Shown: one piece after another, positions 14,950 to 27,813 of the stretch | How positions within the stretch are numbered: the stretch's first letter is position 1 | How the letters are laid out: each line of letters starts with the position of its first letter | NCBI GenBank assembly: GCA_964016885.1 | Contig: OZ024745.1 | Location: 44,144,001-44,208,000, forward strand | Direction of reading: 5' to 3' | From: Eledone cirrhosa | Lineage: Eukaryota | DNA: 64,000 nucleotides | The notes under the pieces: model-generated | Database searches by the model: none | The model's input: the letters and a program-made list of their open reading frames with translations, nothing else | What the model was told of the DNA's origin: nothing | Translations under genes and position numbers: made by a program

Positions 14950-15580
14950 AGGTTCAGCTTCTTAAGATCAGCTCTCACTACCTCATCCCATGACTTCCTA
15001 TATCTGCTTCCTCCTTGAGAGCCCTCCACAGAGGTTTCTCAGCACTTCTTTATCCAGCTGCCAAGTTCCATATGCATCACATGTCCATACCATCGCAGAC
15101 TTCTCTATTGTATAATACAATTGATTCCTCTTATGTCAAGTTTTTCCTTCAGAGCTCACTTATGCTATGTCCTTCATACATACAAATATTACACATCCAT
15201 CGGAGCATACTTATTTTGTTTCTTCTTAGCCTTCTCAGGTCTTCTGCAGTTAGGGCACACATCTCACTGCCGTGTAGCATTGCATTTCACATGCAGGCAT
15301 CATAGTCTACCCTTCACTCAGAGAGAAAAGCCCCTTTGCTTTCAGCAGAGGTACCAACTCTCTAAACTTCTTCCAGCCTGTTCTTAACTTGGCTATCACA
15401 CTTTCAAAGCATCCACCCCAACTGCTGATTATGTCTCCAAGGTAACACAAGCTGTGAATAACTTTTAGGGAGTCTCCCATATAGCTGAGAGAATTCATTT
15501 TACATGTGCTCTTAATGCTGACTTCTCCAATGCATCTGTTGCATATAAAATCTATCTTTTCTGTTAACCTGCCTGTGTCC
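14950..15580 (-). mobile_element. RTE-clade LINE 3' fragment
   Basis: ORF 15307..15621 reads GRLTEKIDFICNRC...CYLGDIISSWGGCFESVIAKLRTGWKKFRELVPLL, the same family as 3020-3200; it continues frameshifted toward the C-terminus. Confidence 0.88.
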
Positions 15581-18500
15581 ATAAATATCTTTAAAATATA
15601 TATACAAATCATCATCATCATTTTAATTTTCTTTTACTATGTTCTTTTACTTATCGCAAGCAGGATGTTTCTATAGTACAGTAATTTTGATCCAATAACA
15701 TCAGATCTTAAGCTCTGACCTCATCATTTCTCTACCCAGCATTCTTCATCAATCTGCACCATATTTCCATATTAGTAGTCATTTCTCCTGTATATATCAA
15801 TTGACATCATTGATAGCCAGCTCTTCCTTCAGCTCACTTGTGTTTACATTTCATGTAAGTTCAACTTATATTTATTTAAACTTTACTTTCTATATTCTAA
15901 AAAGGAAAGGAGCTGATTGTCAGAGACCAAAGAAATTGTTTCTATCGGACTTACCATACTATCTGGCAATTGCAAATCCTGATAGAAGCATCAACACTTT
16001 TCTAGTGAGAGGAGGCAGGATTTGAACTTAAATGCACATAGCTTGAACAGATAACATAAAAAGCATCCTATCTAACAATTCCGTCATCCCACTGCCTAAG
16101 GACTGGTATTTTATCAACCTCGAAAGGATGAAAGGCAAAGCTGACCATAGGTTAGGTGGAGTTTGAGCTCACAGTGTACAGCCTGAGCAAATACCAAAGT
16201 ATTTAATCTGACACTTTAACAACTCTGCCAACTTGCCACCTTATCCTAGAATAATATAATTTTGAGAGGAAAAAAAAAAAAAAAAATACTGCATATTGTT
16301 AACTTATCAGATCCAACTAAATATTTTCTATATAATTCTCTCATTTCTGTATGCCTGTAATAACTGAAGCTACCAATAATTTACTTTTGATAAAGTTACT
16401 TTTAGTGGTTCTAAATAAACCCTATTATTTCTATTTCAAGAATTAGATTATGTGCAAAAGCAAATATTTGTGACATGAATTATATGGCAAAAACATTTAT
16501 AATATTTGACTGAGTTGATAAATATAATAAATGCTTCAACCCAGTTTCTTCTAAGAAGACACCTATGTCAACAAAAGTTAAGCTTGGTTATTAATGAATA
16601 ATCTTTTGACCCACTATTAAGTTATAATGCATGTTAGTCATTTTAATTCCATACTGCAATCATTTCGCAATAAACTCAAACAAGTTTTGGATTTAATTCC
16701 ATATTCAAGATATTATACTATATAGTTGCATGTGATCCACATCAATGTCAGGAGTTATATATGTTCATTATGTGAAGCATAATACCGTGTAAAGTGCAAC
16801 CAATTTCCTATATTAATTCTATCTTCATGAGTAGAAACATACAGGGTTATTAGATTTGTGAAAAACAATGCTGAATTGTTCTGAAAACTAAACAAGTGGC
16901 AGAGGATGATAAACATTGGAGAATAGATTAACAAACTGCTAAAATTAAAATTAGATAAGTTTTTTTTATTGTTTTATACCTAAATAGCTTCCCAGCAACT
17001 ATCATATCATACACAATACCTGTAAGTTTCTAAGTTAAACCATCGCATGAGAAACTTTAACACTAAAGGTATACATGTGTCTGTGTCCAAGATGGCTATA
17101 TGTATCAATATAAACTGAAACAGCAACGGTTTTGAAAAAGTCAAGGAGACATTTATGCTTATTAAAGTGCTAACACTATAAAGAGGATAGTTACTGATTA
17201 CTCAGTAACCACACCTTGTATGCTTTTGTTAAAAATTCATATATGTGCTATTTGGGGATTAAAAACAGTTTTGATTCATCATCATCATTACGTCAGTTTT
17301 TCCATACTCGCATGGTTGTCTTCATAAAAACAAGAGGTGTGAAATAGAAATTACAAGAAGAAAATTAAACGAAACGAAACCATGTGTGAAAGGTTTGTTA
17401 AATGTTGAAGTTTAATGTGATATCATAATTGAAGAGAAAGTAGCTAAATTGGAGAAGATATTCAAAAATATCTCCAGTTTTGGTTATCTCCCCTTCTATC
17501 ACTAAATATTAGGTGTCATCTTCATAGTACTTCTGTTGTTAGACAAATATTCTTAAATCACATTGGTTAGTATAGAATGTTTTGCTCCATGCTGATGGTT
17601 TTAGGTGGTGCATCCTCTATTATGGGGTATGGTTTAATATATACAGTTAAACCCTGCATCTCTGTTGTCAATATATGGAAGTTTTGACACCAATTTTCAG
17701 GTCATACCAGCACAACAAAAGGAGTGATAGACAGATTTCATGTTTGTTCAAACAGATGAAAAAACAATGTCCAAAATGTTGATTTTTGTTATAAAATGAA
17801 GCCACACACAAACACAATAGGAAAAGACAAATAAAGATTTAACAATACTTTCTTACATAAACACAAAGCCTGAGATTCTGTAGGGAGAGGAATTAGGAAA
17901 TTAAGACATTAATATCTATTCCAAAACAATACAGTCAAGATATATTTTAATGAACTTAAAATGTAAATGTCTCCTAGCCGCAAGAGATTTTTAAGAGCTG
18001 ATGTTCAATTCTTGTAAGATGGTTTTAAGCAGGTGAGAAATACATCTCACACTAGATATCATTCTCAGTCTATTGCAATAAGCATACCTGTTATCTATTT
18101 CCCACAACTAGGGAAGCTGTACTGAAGCAAGTAGGAATAATTGTAGTTTAATAAATTTGAACCTATGAGATAGCTTCTAAATAAAGTAGTTATAGAGAAG
18201 AGAAAGAGGTGCTCCAATATTTACTGATTTTGTAAAAGAATCAAACTAAGACCACAGGTTCAATTACATGACAATTACTTTAAAGTATAGTGGATTGAAT
18301 AGATTTCAAAGTATTGGTATAATTATCAGTTTTACTGGCAGATTCAAAATAATAATTTCTCTTGTCTAGGTACAAGGTAGCAGATTTATGAGGAATGGAG
18401 GGCTTAAGTGAAATGATTTTACTTAAAAATTAAAACCAGATTGTTTTGGTTTCAAGAACTTATCACAAATAATCATATTCTTTTGAGAAAAGCAGTACAA

Positions 18501-19249
18501 TACTGGTACATATTTCACTGGCTCAAATAGATGAAAAGCAAAGAGACCTTGACATGATAAAATTTCTTTAAAATATAAGTTGCCAGACAGGATACTGACT
18601 ATAAAGCATCAAGTGCAATGCTCTGTTATTTCTGCCAACACTTCAATGACAATAGAACTTGCTCAACTATATTTACAATCCTTCACATGCAATAGTTCTT
18701 AGAATTATCCTGTATAACACAACACCAATAATGAGAAACTAATAACTTTATTTCAATTCAATCCGAGACTGGTTTTTCTACTACAAAGTTATGCTAATAT
18801 TAAATGCAATAATTTTTATATACTCACATTAGATATGAAAACATTCAAATGTTATTCAAGTGTCACAGATTAAAAAGAATATGAAAATAAAGAACACAAA
18901 AGAAGGGGAATAAAATTAAAATAAATAGCATTAGTATTTCATATCTCTAAATTGAATAAACTAACTGTTTTAATGTTTAAGATAAAGCAACTGAAGAATA
19001 AATAAAACAAAACCCAATCATAAGCTTTAAAAAATTCTATCACGTTGTTTGTTATGAAATTTTTGCAGAAGACAGGAATATAGAGTAACCAACTGTTTTT
19101 AATATATAACTTATTTTATTGACCCTGGAGGAATAAAATAATGAGGAACCAAACTTTTGAGACCAGTCAAGCTATCAACATTATAACCTTTCTTTAAATA
19201 GTACTACTACTTTGCTAAAACCTGAGCTTACAGATTTGAAACAAATCCA

Positions 19250-19347
19250 CAGCTCACCCCTATGCAGGTTTAGCTGGCCTACTATGAGGTTCAATCTCAT
19301 AGGAAATTTCTCAAGTGTTTTAATAACAGGAGTTCCACGTCTGTCAT
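19250..19347 (-). mobile_element. 3' part of a SINE whose head lies at 21735-21845 (split by nested insertions)
   Basis: Minus strand atgacagacgtggaactcctgttattaaaacacttgagaaattt...cagctaaacctgcatagg is homologous to the continuation of the 7788 SINE and to the tandem unit at 25430. Confidence 0.65.
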
Positions 19348-19368
19348 ATAAATAATAATAATAATAAT

Positions 19369-20444
19369 ACCTACAACATGTTCCACAAGAGGAGTGATGT
19401 CGATAGACTCTACTTAAGGAGATCTGAAGGTGGAAGAGGTCTTATCAGCATAGAGGACCGTGTTCGGATAGAGAAAAACAACATACACAAATACGTGACT
19501 GATAGTAGGGAGCCAATGCTCAGAATTGTACTGAAGGAGAGGACAATAGACCAGGGGATGTCCAAGGAGGAAATAACAACAAGGAGAAAGAGCAACCTTC
19601 ATGAAAAATCCCTTCATAGTACCTTCTTTGAGAAAACTGAATTTAGAGATCCACAGACATGGAACTGCTTGAAAAGAGGAGACCTTAAAAAGGCTACAGA
19701 AGGAATCTTAATGGCTGCGCAAGAGCAGGCCCTCAAAACGAAGTGGCTGAAACACCATATTTACAAGGAGGAGGCTAGTCCACTGTGTAGGATCTGTGGA
19801 GAGAGAGAGGAGACTGTGGCTCACATTGTATCCAAGTGTAAACACCTAGCCCAGACTCACTATAAAGGCTGGAGACATGATGTGATGGGCAGGGTGATCC
19901 ACTGGCACCTATGCAAAGTAAACAATTTACCACATTCTGAGAAGTGGTATGAGCATAAGCCAGAGTCGGTGATAGAAAATGATCAGGTGAAGGTGCTGTG
20001 GGATTTTAGGATACAGACGAACAAGAAACTGGAACACAATAGACCTGACCTGGTGGTTTTGGACAAGGAAAAAAGATTGTGCCTGATTGTGGATGTAGCC
20101 TGCCCATTTGACACGAGAGTGCAAGAGAAGGAGAGGGAGAAAATTAACCGATACCAGGACTTAAAGTGAGAGGTAAAAAGGATTTGGAACTGCCATGAGG
20201 TCAAAGTGGTCCCGATTGTCATAGGCGCACTAGGTACTATCTCAAAGAGTTTCCAAGGATGGTTAAAGAAAATTGGTCCCGCTCCGCTTTTTGGAACACT
20301 TCAAAAGGCATGCTTGCTGGGAACAGCAACAACCCTCCGATATGCCCTGAATATCTGAGGCTGCAGGTAGTGGCTTGATATTCATTTCAACAAACTTTCC
20401 AGTTAAATAACATCAATGACTGAGACTCAAAGAACAATAATAAT
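19369..20444 (+). mobile_element. R4/Dong-like RLE non-LTR retrotransposon, 5'-truncated copy 1, inserted in (TAA)n
   Basis: Motifs FHKRSDVDRLYLRRSEGGRGL, CCHC knuckle CRICGEREETVAHIVSKC, RHD, endonuclease RPDLVVLD...IVDVACPFD...KINRY, and VPIVIGALG. One premature TGA at 20167 (TGG in copy 2); native stop at 20356-20358. (AAT)6 lies 5' and (AAT)3 lies 3'. Confidence 0.93.
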
Positions 20445-20487
20445 GAAATTATTGTGTACAGTGCTCAGGTGCACTACAACTCATCAA

Positions 20488-21335
20488 ATGAAAAATCCCT
20501 TCATAGTACCTTCTTTGAGAAAACTGAATTTAGAGATCCACAGACATGGAACTGGTTAAAAAGAGGAGACCTTAAAAAGGCTACAGAAGGAATGCTAATG
20601 GCTGCACAAGAGCAGGCACTCAAAATGAAGTGGGTGAAATACCATATTTACAAGGAGGAGGCTAGCCCACTGTGTAGGATCTGTGGAGAGAGAGAGGAGA
20701 CTGTGGCTCACATTGTATCCGAGTGTAAACACCTAGCCCAGACTCACTATAAAGGCTGGAGACATGGTGTGATGGGCAGGGTGATCCACTGGCACCTATG
20801 CAAAGTAAACAATTTACCACATTCTGAGAAGTGGTATGAGCATAAGCCAGAGTCAGTGATAGAAAATGATCAGGTGAAGGTGCTGTGGGATTTTAGGATA
20901 CAGACGAACAAGAAACTGGAACACAATAGACCTGACCTAGTGGTTTTGGACAAGGAAAAAAGATTGTGCCTGATTGTGGATGGTGCCTGATTGTGGATGT
21001 AGCCTGCCCATTTGACACGAGAGTGCAAGAGAAGGAGAGGGAGAAAATTAACCGATACCAGGACTTAAAGTGGGAGGTAAAAAGGATTTTGTACTGCCAT
21101 GAGGCCAAAGTGGTCCCGATTGTCATAGGCGCACTAGGTACTATCTCAAAGAGTTTCCAAGGATGGTTAAAGACAGTTAGTCCAGCCCCACTTTTTGGAA
21201 CACTTCAAAAGGCATGCTAGCTGGGAACAGCAAGAACCCTCTGATACGTCCTGAATATTTGAGGTTGCAGGTAGCGGCTTGATATTCATTTCAACAAACT
21301 TTCCAGTTAAATAACATCAATGACTGAGACTCAAA

Positions 21336-21366
<31 letters not shown>
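20488..21366 (+). mobile_element. R4/Dong-like RLE non-LTR retrotransposon, 5'-truncated copy 2
   Basis: Highly similar to 19601-20444. Carries a 17-bp internal duplication (gtgcctgattgtggatg) causing a frameshift near 20980, extra stops, and an (AAT)10 tail at 21337-21366. Confidence 0.93.
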
Positions 21367-21367
<1 letters not shown>

Positions 21368-21630
21368 CTTTCTTTATTAACCACAAGGGTTTACATAAAG
21401 TAGACATTAAGGACAGTACAGGACAAATGGGCATTTCTGCGTGTAAAAAAACCCCAAAAAAACAGAGGATGTAATAAAAGAACAATGAAAAATTCCCCAA
21501 TAGGGGGGAGACTTCCGAGGGCCATTGTGGAGGAAGCCCATTAAAAAAGCCACGGTGACCCTGACCACCAGGGCAATTGTCCTCTCCCAGTTTTCCACCT
21601 TCAATTTACAGGCATATACTCAGAGTAGGT
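21367..21630 (-). mobile_element. 3' end of a different non-LTR element (possibly L1/Tx1-like) with an (ATT)n tail
   Basis: Minus strand: short ORF end PTLSICL*, a T-rich 3' UTR-like stretch, and AATAAA 7 nt before (ATT)n. Clade assignment is inference. Confidence 0.55.
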
Positions 21631-21734
21631 CAATAATAATGAAATTATTGTGTACAGTGTTCAGGTGCACTACAACTCATCAAATGTGCATGTAGAGTAC
21701 ATAGAATAATATACAAATGTCATGAAAAGTAATA

Positions 21735-21845
21735 TTAAATAAAGTGTCTTGTTCCAGAGAACAACATGCTGCATGGATCAGGAAGTGAACTATGACATTA
21801 TGATTGCAAGTTCAACACTAACTAACAACTAAGACATGCAGCTTT
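21735..21845 (-). mobile_element. 5' head of the split tRNA-derived SINE
   Basis: Minus strand gcatgtcttagttg...cttgcaatc...agttcacttcc...tgttgttctctggaacaagacactttattt aligns with the head of the 7788-7955 SINE. Confidence 0.7.
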
Positions 21846-23917
21846 CAGTTTTACTTGAGAAACATACTAATGAATATGAAAACACTGCAAGTAAGAGATG
21901 TCGATGAACCCAACCAGTCAGAAAGGTATGAGAAATAAGGCCAATGAGATGGCACAATTAAAACTTCAGATGTAGTTTACAAACACTTTACAGCAGGTTT
22001 GGGCAACGTTTTTCAAGCAGTGAGCCACATGAGATATGGCTCATCAAAAGGAGGGCTGTACTACTAAAACAATTGAAGGTAATTTGGTGTGACATTCAGA
22101 AAGCCAAACAGGTCGCATGCAACCAGAGACACACAGTTTACTTAACACTGCTCTACAACAAACAGTGTCTATACCATCAATAAATACTGCGCCAAATTAA
22201 ATAAATTAGATATAAAGGGCTTACTATTTTGATAGAAGGGTTTGACTAATTACAATGCTCACATTTTCTGTTTGTCTTTAGCAACGCAAGTAAAGAGGAT
22301 TCAAACTTGACGATCAAAATTCTGGCACACTCAAGATAATCTCTTCATAATAATGGTTTCTAATTTAGGCTCAAAGATAACCATTTTGAGGGCATGGGGT
22401 AAGTCGATTGACCCTCAGTTATGTACTACTACTTTATTTTAACACCCCTGAAAAGATGTTGAATGCAGAATATAAAACAAAGACTGCTATGCATTTGCCC
22501 AACACTCTAATAACTCTGCCAATCCATCACACTTAATTTCTTGATGATAATGATGATGATAATTCTTTCTAACATTGACACAAGGCCAGTAATTTGGGGA
22601 AAGAGCAAAGTCAGTTTATTGATCCCAAAAAGCATAAATAAAACCATAAATCTCAATAATAATGATGAGACACAATACCATACATTTTGAGGGATCGTAA
22701 AGTCAATGAAATCAACTCCAGCTCTTGATTGGTATATCTTACATAAATCCTATCATGATTGGAACTCAAAAATAAAATGGCACTACTAAATATACAAAGT
22801 ATTTATCCAGTTCACTATCAATTCTGCTACCCACTTATATCATCGATATTGACACAAGTCCACACAATTTGGGAAAGACACAGTCATCAATTCAATCAAA
22901 CTCAGAATGTTATTAGAACGTTGGTACTGAATTTTTATAGAATAAAGAAGAAAAGTTGCAAAAAGTCAAACCATTGTGTGATTTTAATCCAGAACATAAA
23001 GGGACGTAACTAAATATTGCAAGGCATTCTACTGATTTTGCAACCCACTGCACTTAATAATAGTATAAAATAATATTAATAATAATGATGAAGGTCTATT
23101 GCATAGCTTAATTGCAACAAACTATTATTAAATTTGACCTAGAGAAATTTCGATTCAAAATATAGAACAATGAAACTAAATATTCCCAAATCGTCTAACT
23201 TCAAAGTCCACAAGGACGCAGAGATGCAAAAATAGAAATGAATGCACTAGTTTTAATCTCTTCAATAAACTTTCAGTTCTACCCGGGATGAAAATATCAA
23301 ATATTATCCCACATTACAGAAATCTGCATTATTTGGAATTATAAATATCTTAGTACTTTCTGTCAAATGCTATTAGACATGACAGAAAAAAAATATTTTC
23401 CATTTGTTAAAACTAAATGGTGTGTTAAAAAATCTTTTGAATTGACAAAGCCAACTTTTTAATCAAGCCTGTGACAGATGAATGTTAAAATCAACACCAG
23501 CAGAATTTGAACTTAAATTAGCAAAGCAATTAACTAAACACATTATAGTCTCTGGTTTTACTCTCTGTACAATTCTAGACATGAAGTTTCAAATGTTTAA
23601 GCAATATGGATGAGTGTAACAAAATCAGATCTAAATAATATACTCTAATATACTGAAATTATTTACAAATTAAGTTGGTTTTGGTTTTAGGAATATTTCC
23701 CATATTACAGCTGTAAACAGAATTCAAAATCTATGTTTATTGTCAATACAAATACAAACTGCATGGAATACATTGTCTTATTTTTACAGGGAATTGTTAT
23801 ATTTACATGTACTACCCAAAACAGTTGACCTATAATTTTCTCATTCGGGTACATTACTTTTACCTTTAAAAGAATTGATAACATAGTTGATATACCATAC
23901 AAATCTGGGTGAAAATT

Positions 23918-24154
23918 TTAACCTTATCATTACCATATTTCTAATGATATACACGGCCTAGGTGTTTAAATTAATTTTGAAAATAACCAAACATTTGGAG
24001 GAATTTGTTCATTATTAAGAACATTATTTAGAACATTATTCAACAAAATTTCTAAAATAAAATTATGAAAGGTTTTTATATATGGATAAACATGTTAAAA
24101 TGAGCAGTATTGTATCCAGGCTGGTTTCAAGTGGTTTGTTATCAAAAGGATTAA
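23918..24154. mobile_element. piggyBac-like MITE
   Basis: TTAA at both ends (23918-21 and 24151-54), imperfect TIR cctt.../...aagga; the body is the reverse complement of the 4075 copy. Confidence 0.6.
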
Positions 24155-25429
24155 TCATGGTACATTCACTTATGTACTTGCACATCAACTTTTTATCCTG
24201 GTGCATTCTCCATTTTTACTTCATGCCTAAAAGGGTAGAGTGGACCCTTTAGTTGTTTCAAAGACATGACAGCGACCCTAGTGCTGGTGATCCAACACAA
24301 TAAAAGCACCCAGTACACGCTGTAAAATGGTTGGCATTAGGAAGGGCATCCAGCTGTAGAAAGCTTGCTAAACAAGGGATTAGAAGGACCCTTCAGTTTG
24401 TATCAAATGACAACAACTCTACACTAGATATGACAGTACGTAAGCAGGATACTGACCCCTTGACCTGTCTGGGAGATCAGTAGCCCCACTTCAGTACTGA
24501 CTTGATCTATGTAGACCCGACCAACCCTTGCTAGCAGGGAAAGTGGACATTAATTGATGATGATCTGAGACTTCTAATTTTGGCTGTTTTATTGTCAGAT
24601 AACTTTTAATTGGGTCAACTTAAAGTAGATGTTCATTGTTCAATTTATAATCCTTATTTAGCAATCACTCATAACAGCATTTCCATTCACTCATTTTCTC
24701 ATTATCAAGTGTGCAAACATCTCCAATCATTCTTCATTCAGTAATCCAAGTAAAAGAAAACAATTTTGATTTGAGAAGCTAATGACACAAACAAGCTATT
24801 TCTACAACTAAAATCAATAACAGAACACAAATTACAAGAAAACACAGGAACATTCTTTATATTTATTTTGCTAATAGCCAATTAAAAATCACTAACAAAT
24901 ATTTGCACATTAATTAATAGCTCTTGCATATTTAATAAGCTTGAAGTCTGACAAAAGTAGGTTGACATTTATCTCAAAGCAATCTGTTGATAGAATCAAT
25001 AAACCAGAAAAGGCTCAGTTCAAACTAGAAATGCTGATAAAAATGATATCTATTTAAATAAACAACATAAATATTCTAATTTTCAGATGAAAATATAGAA
25101 ACATTAAAACTGTTAAATTTTTAAACATAGCTAAAAATGCCACTGTACAAGAAATTAAGAAATCACAAGACTACAAGAATTCTGTCATGTAAATAATCTT
25201 AACTGGTCCTGGTTCTAAGTTACAAAACTGTTTATTTTAAAGTTAAGATATTTAGAGGATAATTGCAGAGATTAACTGTTTATTTCAAAGCGTTCATATT
25301 TAGGTGCTAATTGCAGAGATTAATTACATACCTAACATGATGGATAAGAAGGCAGCTATATTATTTTCCTATTTCTTTAATTTAGGTTCCGGAAACTTTT
25401 CTAATGATTTTTTTTCAATTCATCCAATT

Positions 25430-25832
25430 ACAGGATAGGACTGGGACCCTTATCATTAAAACACCTGAGAAACATGTGAGATGCAACCTTGTAGAAGGTT
25501 AGCTAATCGGGTGTAAACTGTAACAACAATATGACTGGGGCCCCTATCATTAAAACACCTGGGAAATCTATGAGATGCAACCCCCGAAGAAAGCAGCTGA
25601 ACCTGCATAAGTGTGAGTTGTACCAACAACATGATAGGACTGGGGTCCCCTATCATTAAAACACCCAAGAAATTTGAATAGCAGCCTTGTAGAAGGTCAG
25701 CTAAACCTGCATAAGTGTAAGCTGTATCAACAACATGATAGGACTGGGGTCCCCTATCATTAAATCACCCAAGAAATTTGAGAAGCAACCATGTAGGAGG
25801 TCAGCTAAACCTGCATAAGTGTATCAACAACA
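25430..25832. repeat. Tandem array of 4 diverged ~95-105-bp units derived from a SINE segment
   Basis: Unit atgataggactggggtcccctatcattaaaacacccaagaaatttgag...cagctaaacctgcataagtgt...caacaac; dispersed homologues at 7788, 19250-19347 and ~5785-5830. Confidence 0.9.
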
Positions 25833-26579
25833 TTAATTCCTATGAATAAACTTCTATTCTTAACTTTTACATATTCTGAAGTTTAATTTTATACCTTCTT
25901 TAAATATCAAAATTTGTATGATGATCTTAATATATTTTAAATTCTTTAAGGACTGACTTAATAGAAAAAAGATAAAGATTCACCCCAGACAATATGCCTT
26001 GCTTTTCATTAAAATAATTCTCAGGATCTTAACAACATTATGTCACAGATTAAGATGTTAATCAACTGTAGATATAATAAATGAAGTATGAATCTACTAA
26101 ACTTGAGCTTTTACAGCCAAAAATGATTCTCAACACTGTCAACTTTGATAGGAAACAGATCCCTAAGCATAATCAACATCTTGATTATGTTAGGGTCATA
26201 TTTAGAGGATTAACTATAATTAAAAAAATCAAAATTCTTCACTGAAAGAATTTATCATGTAACAATGTTGAATATTGAAAATAAATTGCTATGGTTGATA
26301 TTTAAAAAGAAGCAAGCTTCTATTAAAGTACAGAGTTGATAAGGAAATTGAAACTAGATGAAACCACATCAGATAGAGAATAAAAAATTGGGGGTGTAAA
26401 AATCACTACAGATTTGTTTATATGCACAAATTAAGTCATAAATTCATCATCATCGATTAACGTCTAATAATATATATTATATTTATATTTATAGAAATAC
26501 CAATGATGTATAAGTAACTAATATCAAATTAGAAACTATGCCTACAATGACAGTTATTATTCTAAAATTGTTTTACAAG

Positions 26580-27022
26580 ACAATCTCTTGTACTGAATTG
26601 CATCACGAATATGGAAAACTTCCTGATAATACTCCTTTGTAACTGTTTCTCCTTCTGGTGAATAGTCGTGATGCACAATACTTCGGTAGTTTAGGAAAAG
26701 TTAACATCACCTTGATTTTGCTCCACACCTGATGTGCCTTTTCAGGCCTTGGCAATGTTGGAGATTTTCATGGTGATAACTGAGCTTTGGTTTCTAAGTT
26801 GTAATCTACACCCATATCTTATCTCCAGTTCTTTATATTAAGGAACTATGGATCCTTCTAGTACAACACCTCACATGCTGGATGGCGTACAGTGACTGAC
26901 ACATCCAGCGAGCTTGGCAAAAACTATACATGTGCATGAATGTGCGCAACTTCACTCTGCAACACTTTCATCTCCCTAACGTTATTACTTCCCATAGGAA
27001 ATATACTTATTTGACAGACCTC
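26580..27022 (-). mobile_element. Mariner (Tc1/mariner) transposon remnant
   Basis: Minus-strand translation with frameshifts: TGDK.WV.DYNLETKAQLSP*KSPTLPRPEKAHQVWSKIKVMLT...YRSIVHHDYSPEGETVTKEYYQEV, the mariner catalytic-domain signature. TIR-like gaggtctgtcaaataagtat at ~27003-27022. Confidence 0.85.
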
Positions 27023-27488
27023 AATCATCATGAACAATGGAAGCTAGACAATAATGATAATGAAGGTTGCTCTCTGATTAACAAGTAATATCCATCAGTA
27101 AAATTACTGCTGCCAGCTAAATTGATGCCAATGTAAAAATTTAAATTGAAAGTTCCACCAATTTTAAATTCTATAATTTGCCTGAGGCTTGCAGAAAATA
27201 GCATACTTAATAACTAAAGCCAGCCAGTGGTAGTGGTTCTTAACTTCTCAAGAGCAAGAATAAATATCACATAAACAAAACTGTTTTTAGAAACATTTTG
27301 TACAAAAGTTGAATGTAACAAAAAGAGAAATCATTATGATATGTTTCATACTGTTTAGCTTTGGTAAATTAGCAGAGTCATTTAAACATAAGACAAAATC
27401 TTTGAGTTTGAATCCCACCAATAAAAGTTCTGGTCCAGATCATGGATTGGTAGAGATTTTTGAGCACCGAATGAAATATTTTGCAATA

Positions 27489-27813
27489 CAATGGAACCTA
27501 GGTTCACAAACTTAATTTGTTCCTAAAGAATGTTCATCACCTGAAATGTTCATAAACCAAAACTATTTTTCCCATACAAAATGTTGAGAATGAGACTGTA
27601 TGTGAAAGACAGATAAATAACACTGTAGTAACTAACTACATAGTAAGTGACACTTTCCTGCTGATACTCCCAGCTTGTCGCCAACCGTTGTTGCCGGCTT
27701 GTGTGATCATTACTCGAGACACTGTTTGTCACCAGAGACGTTTTATGTTCAGAAATCAATTCATGAATCAATTTGTTCATGATGAGAGGCATTTGTGAAC
27801 TGAAGTTCCATTG
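27489..27813. mobile_element. pogo/Tigger-like MITE inserted in a SINE
   Basis: 22-bp imperfect TIRs caatggaacctaggttcacaaa / tttgtgaactgaagttccattg, with TA on the left; the flanks join into one SINE body. Confidence 0.75.

Noticed and set aside
19378-20169. 263-aa ORF as a host or domesticated gene
   Set aside because: It is a 5'-truncated retrotransposon C-terminus with a premature stop and a TAA tail.
25430-25832. Hairpin repeat plus spacer pattern resembling a CRISPR array
   Set aside because: The intervening sequences are homologous to each other and to a SINE; it is a tandem repeat.
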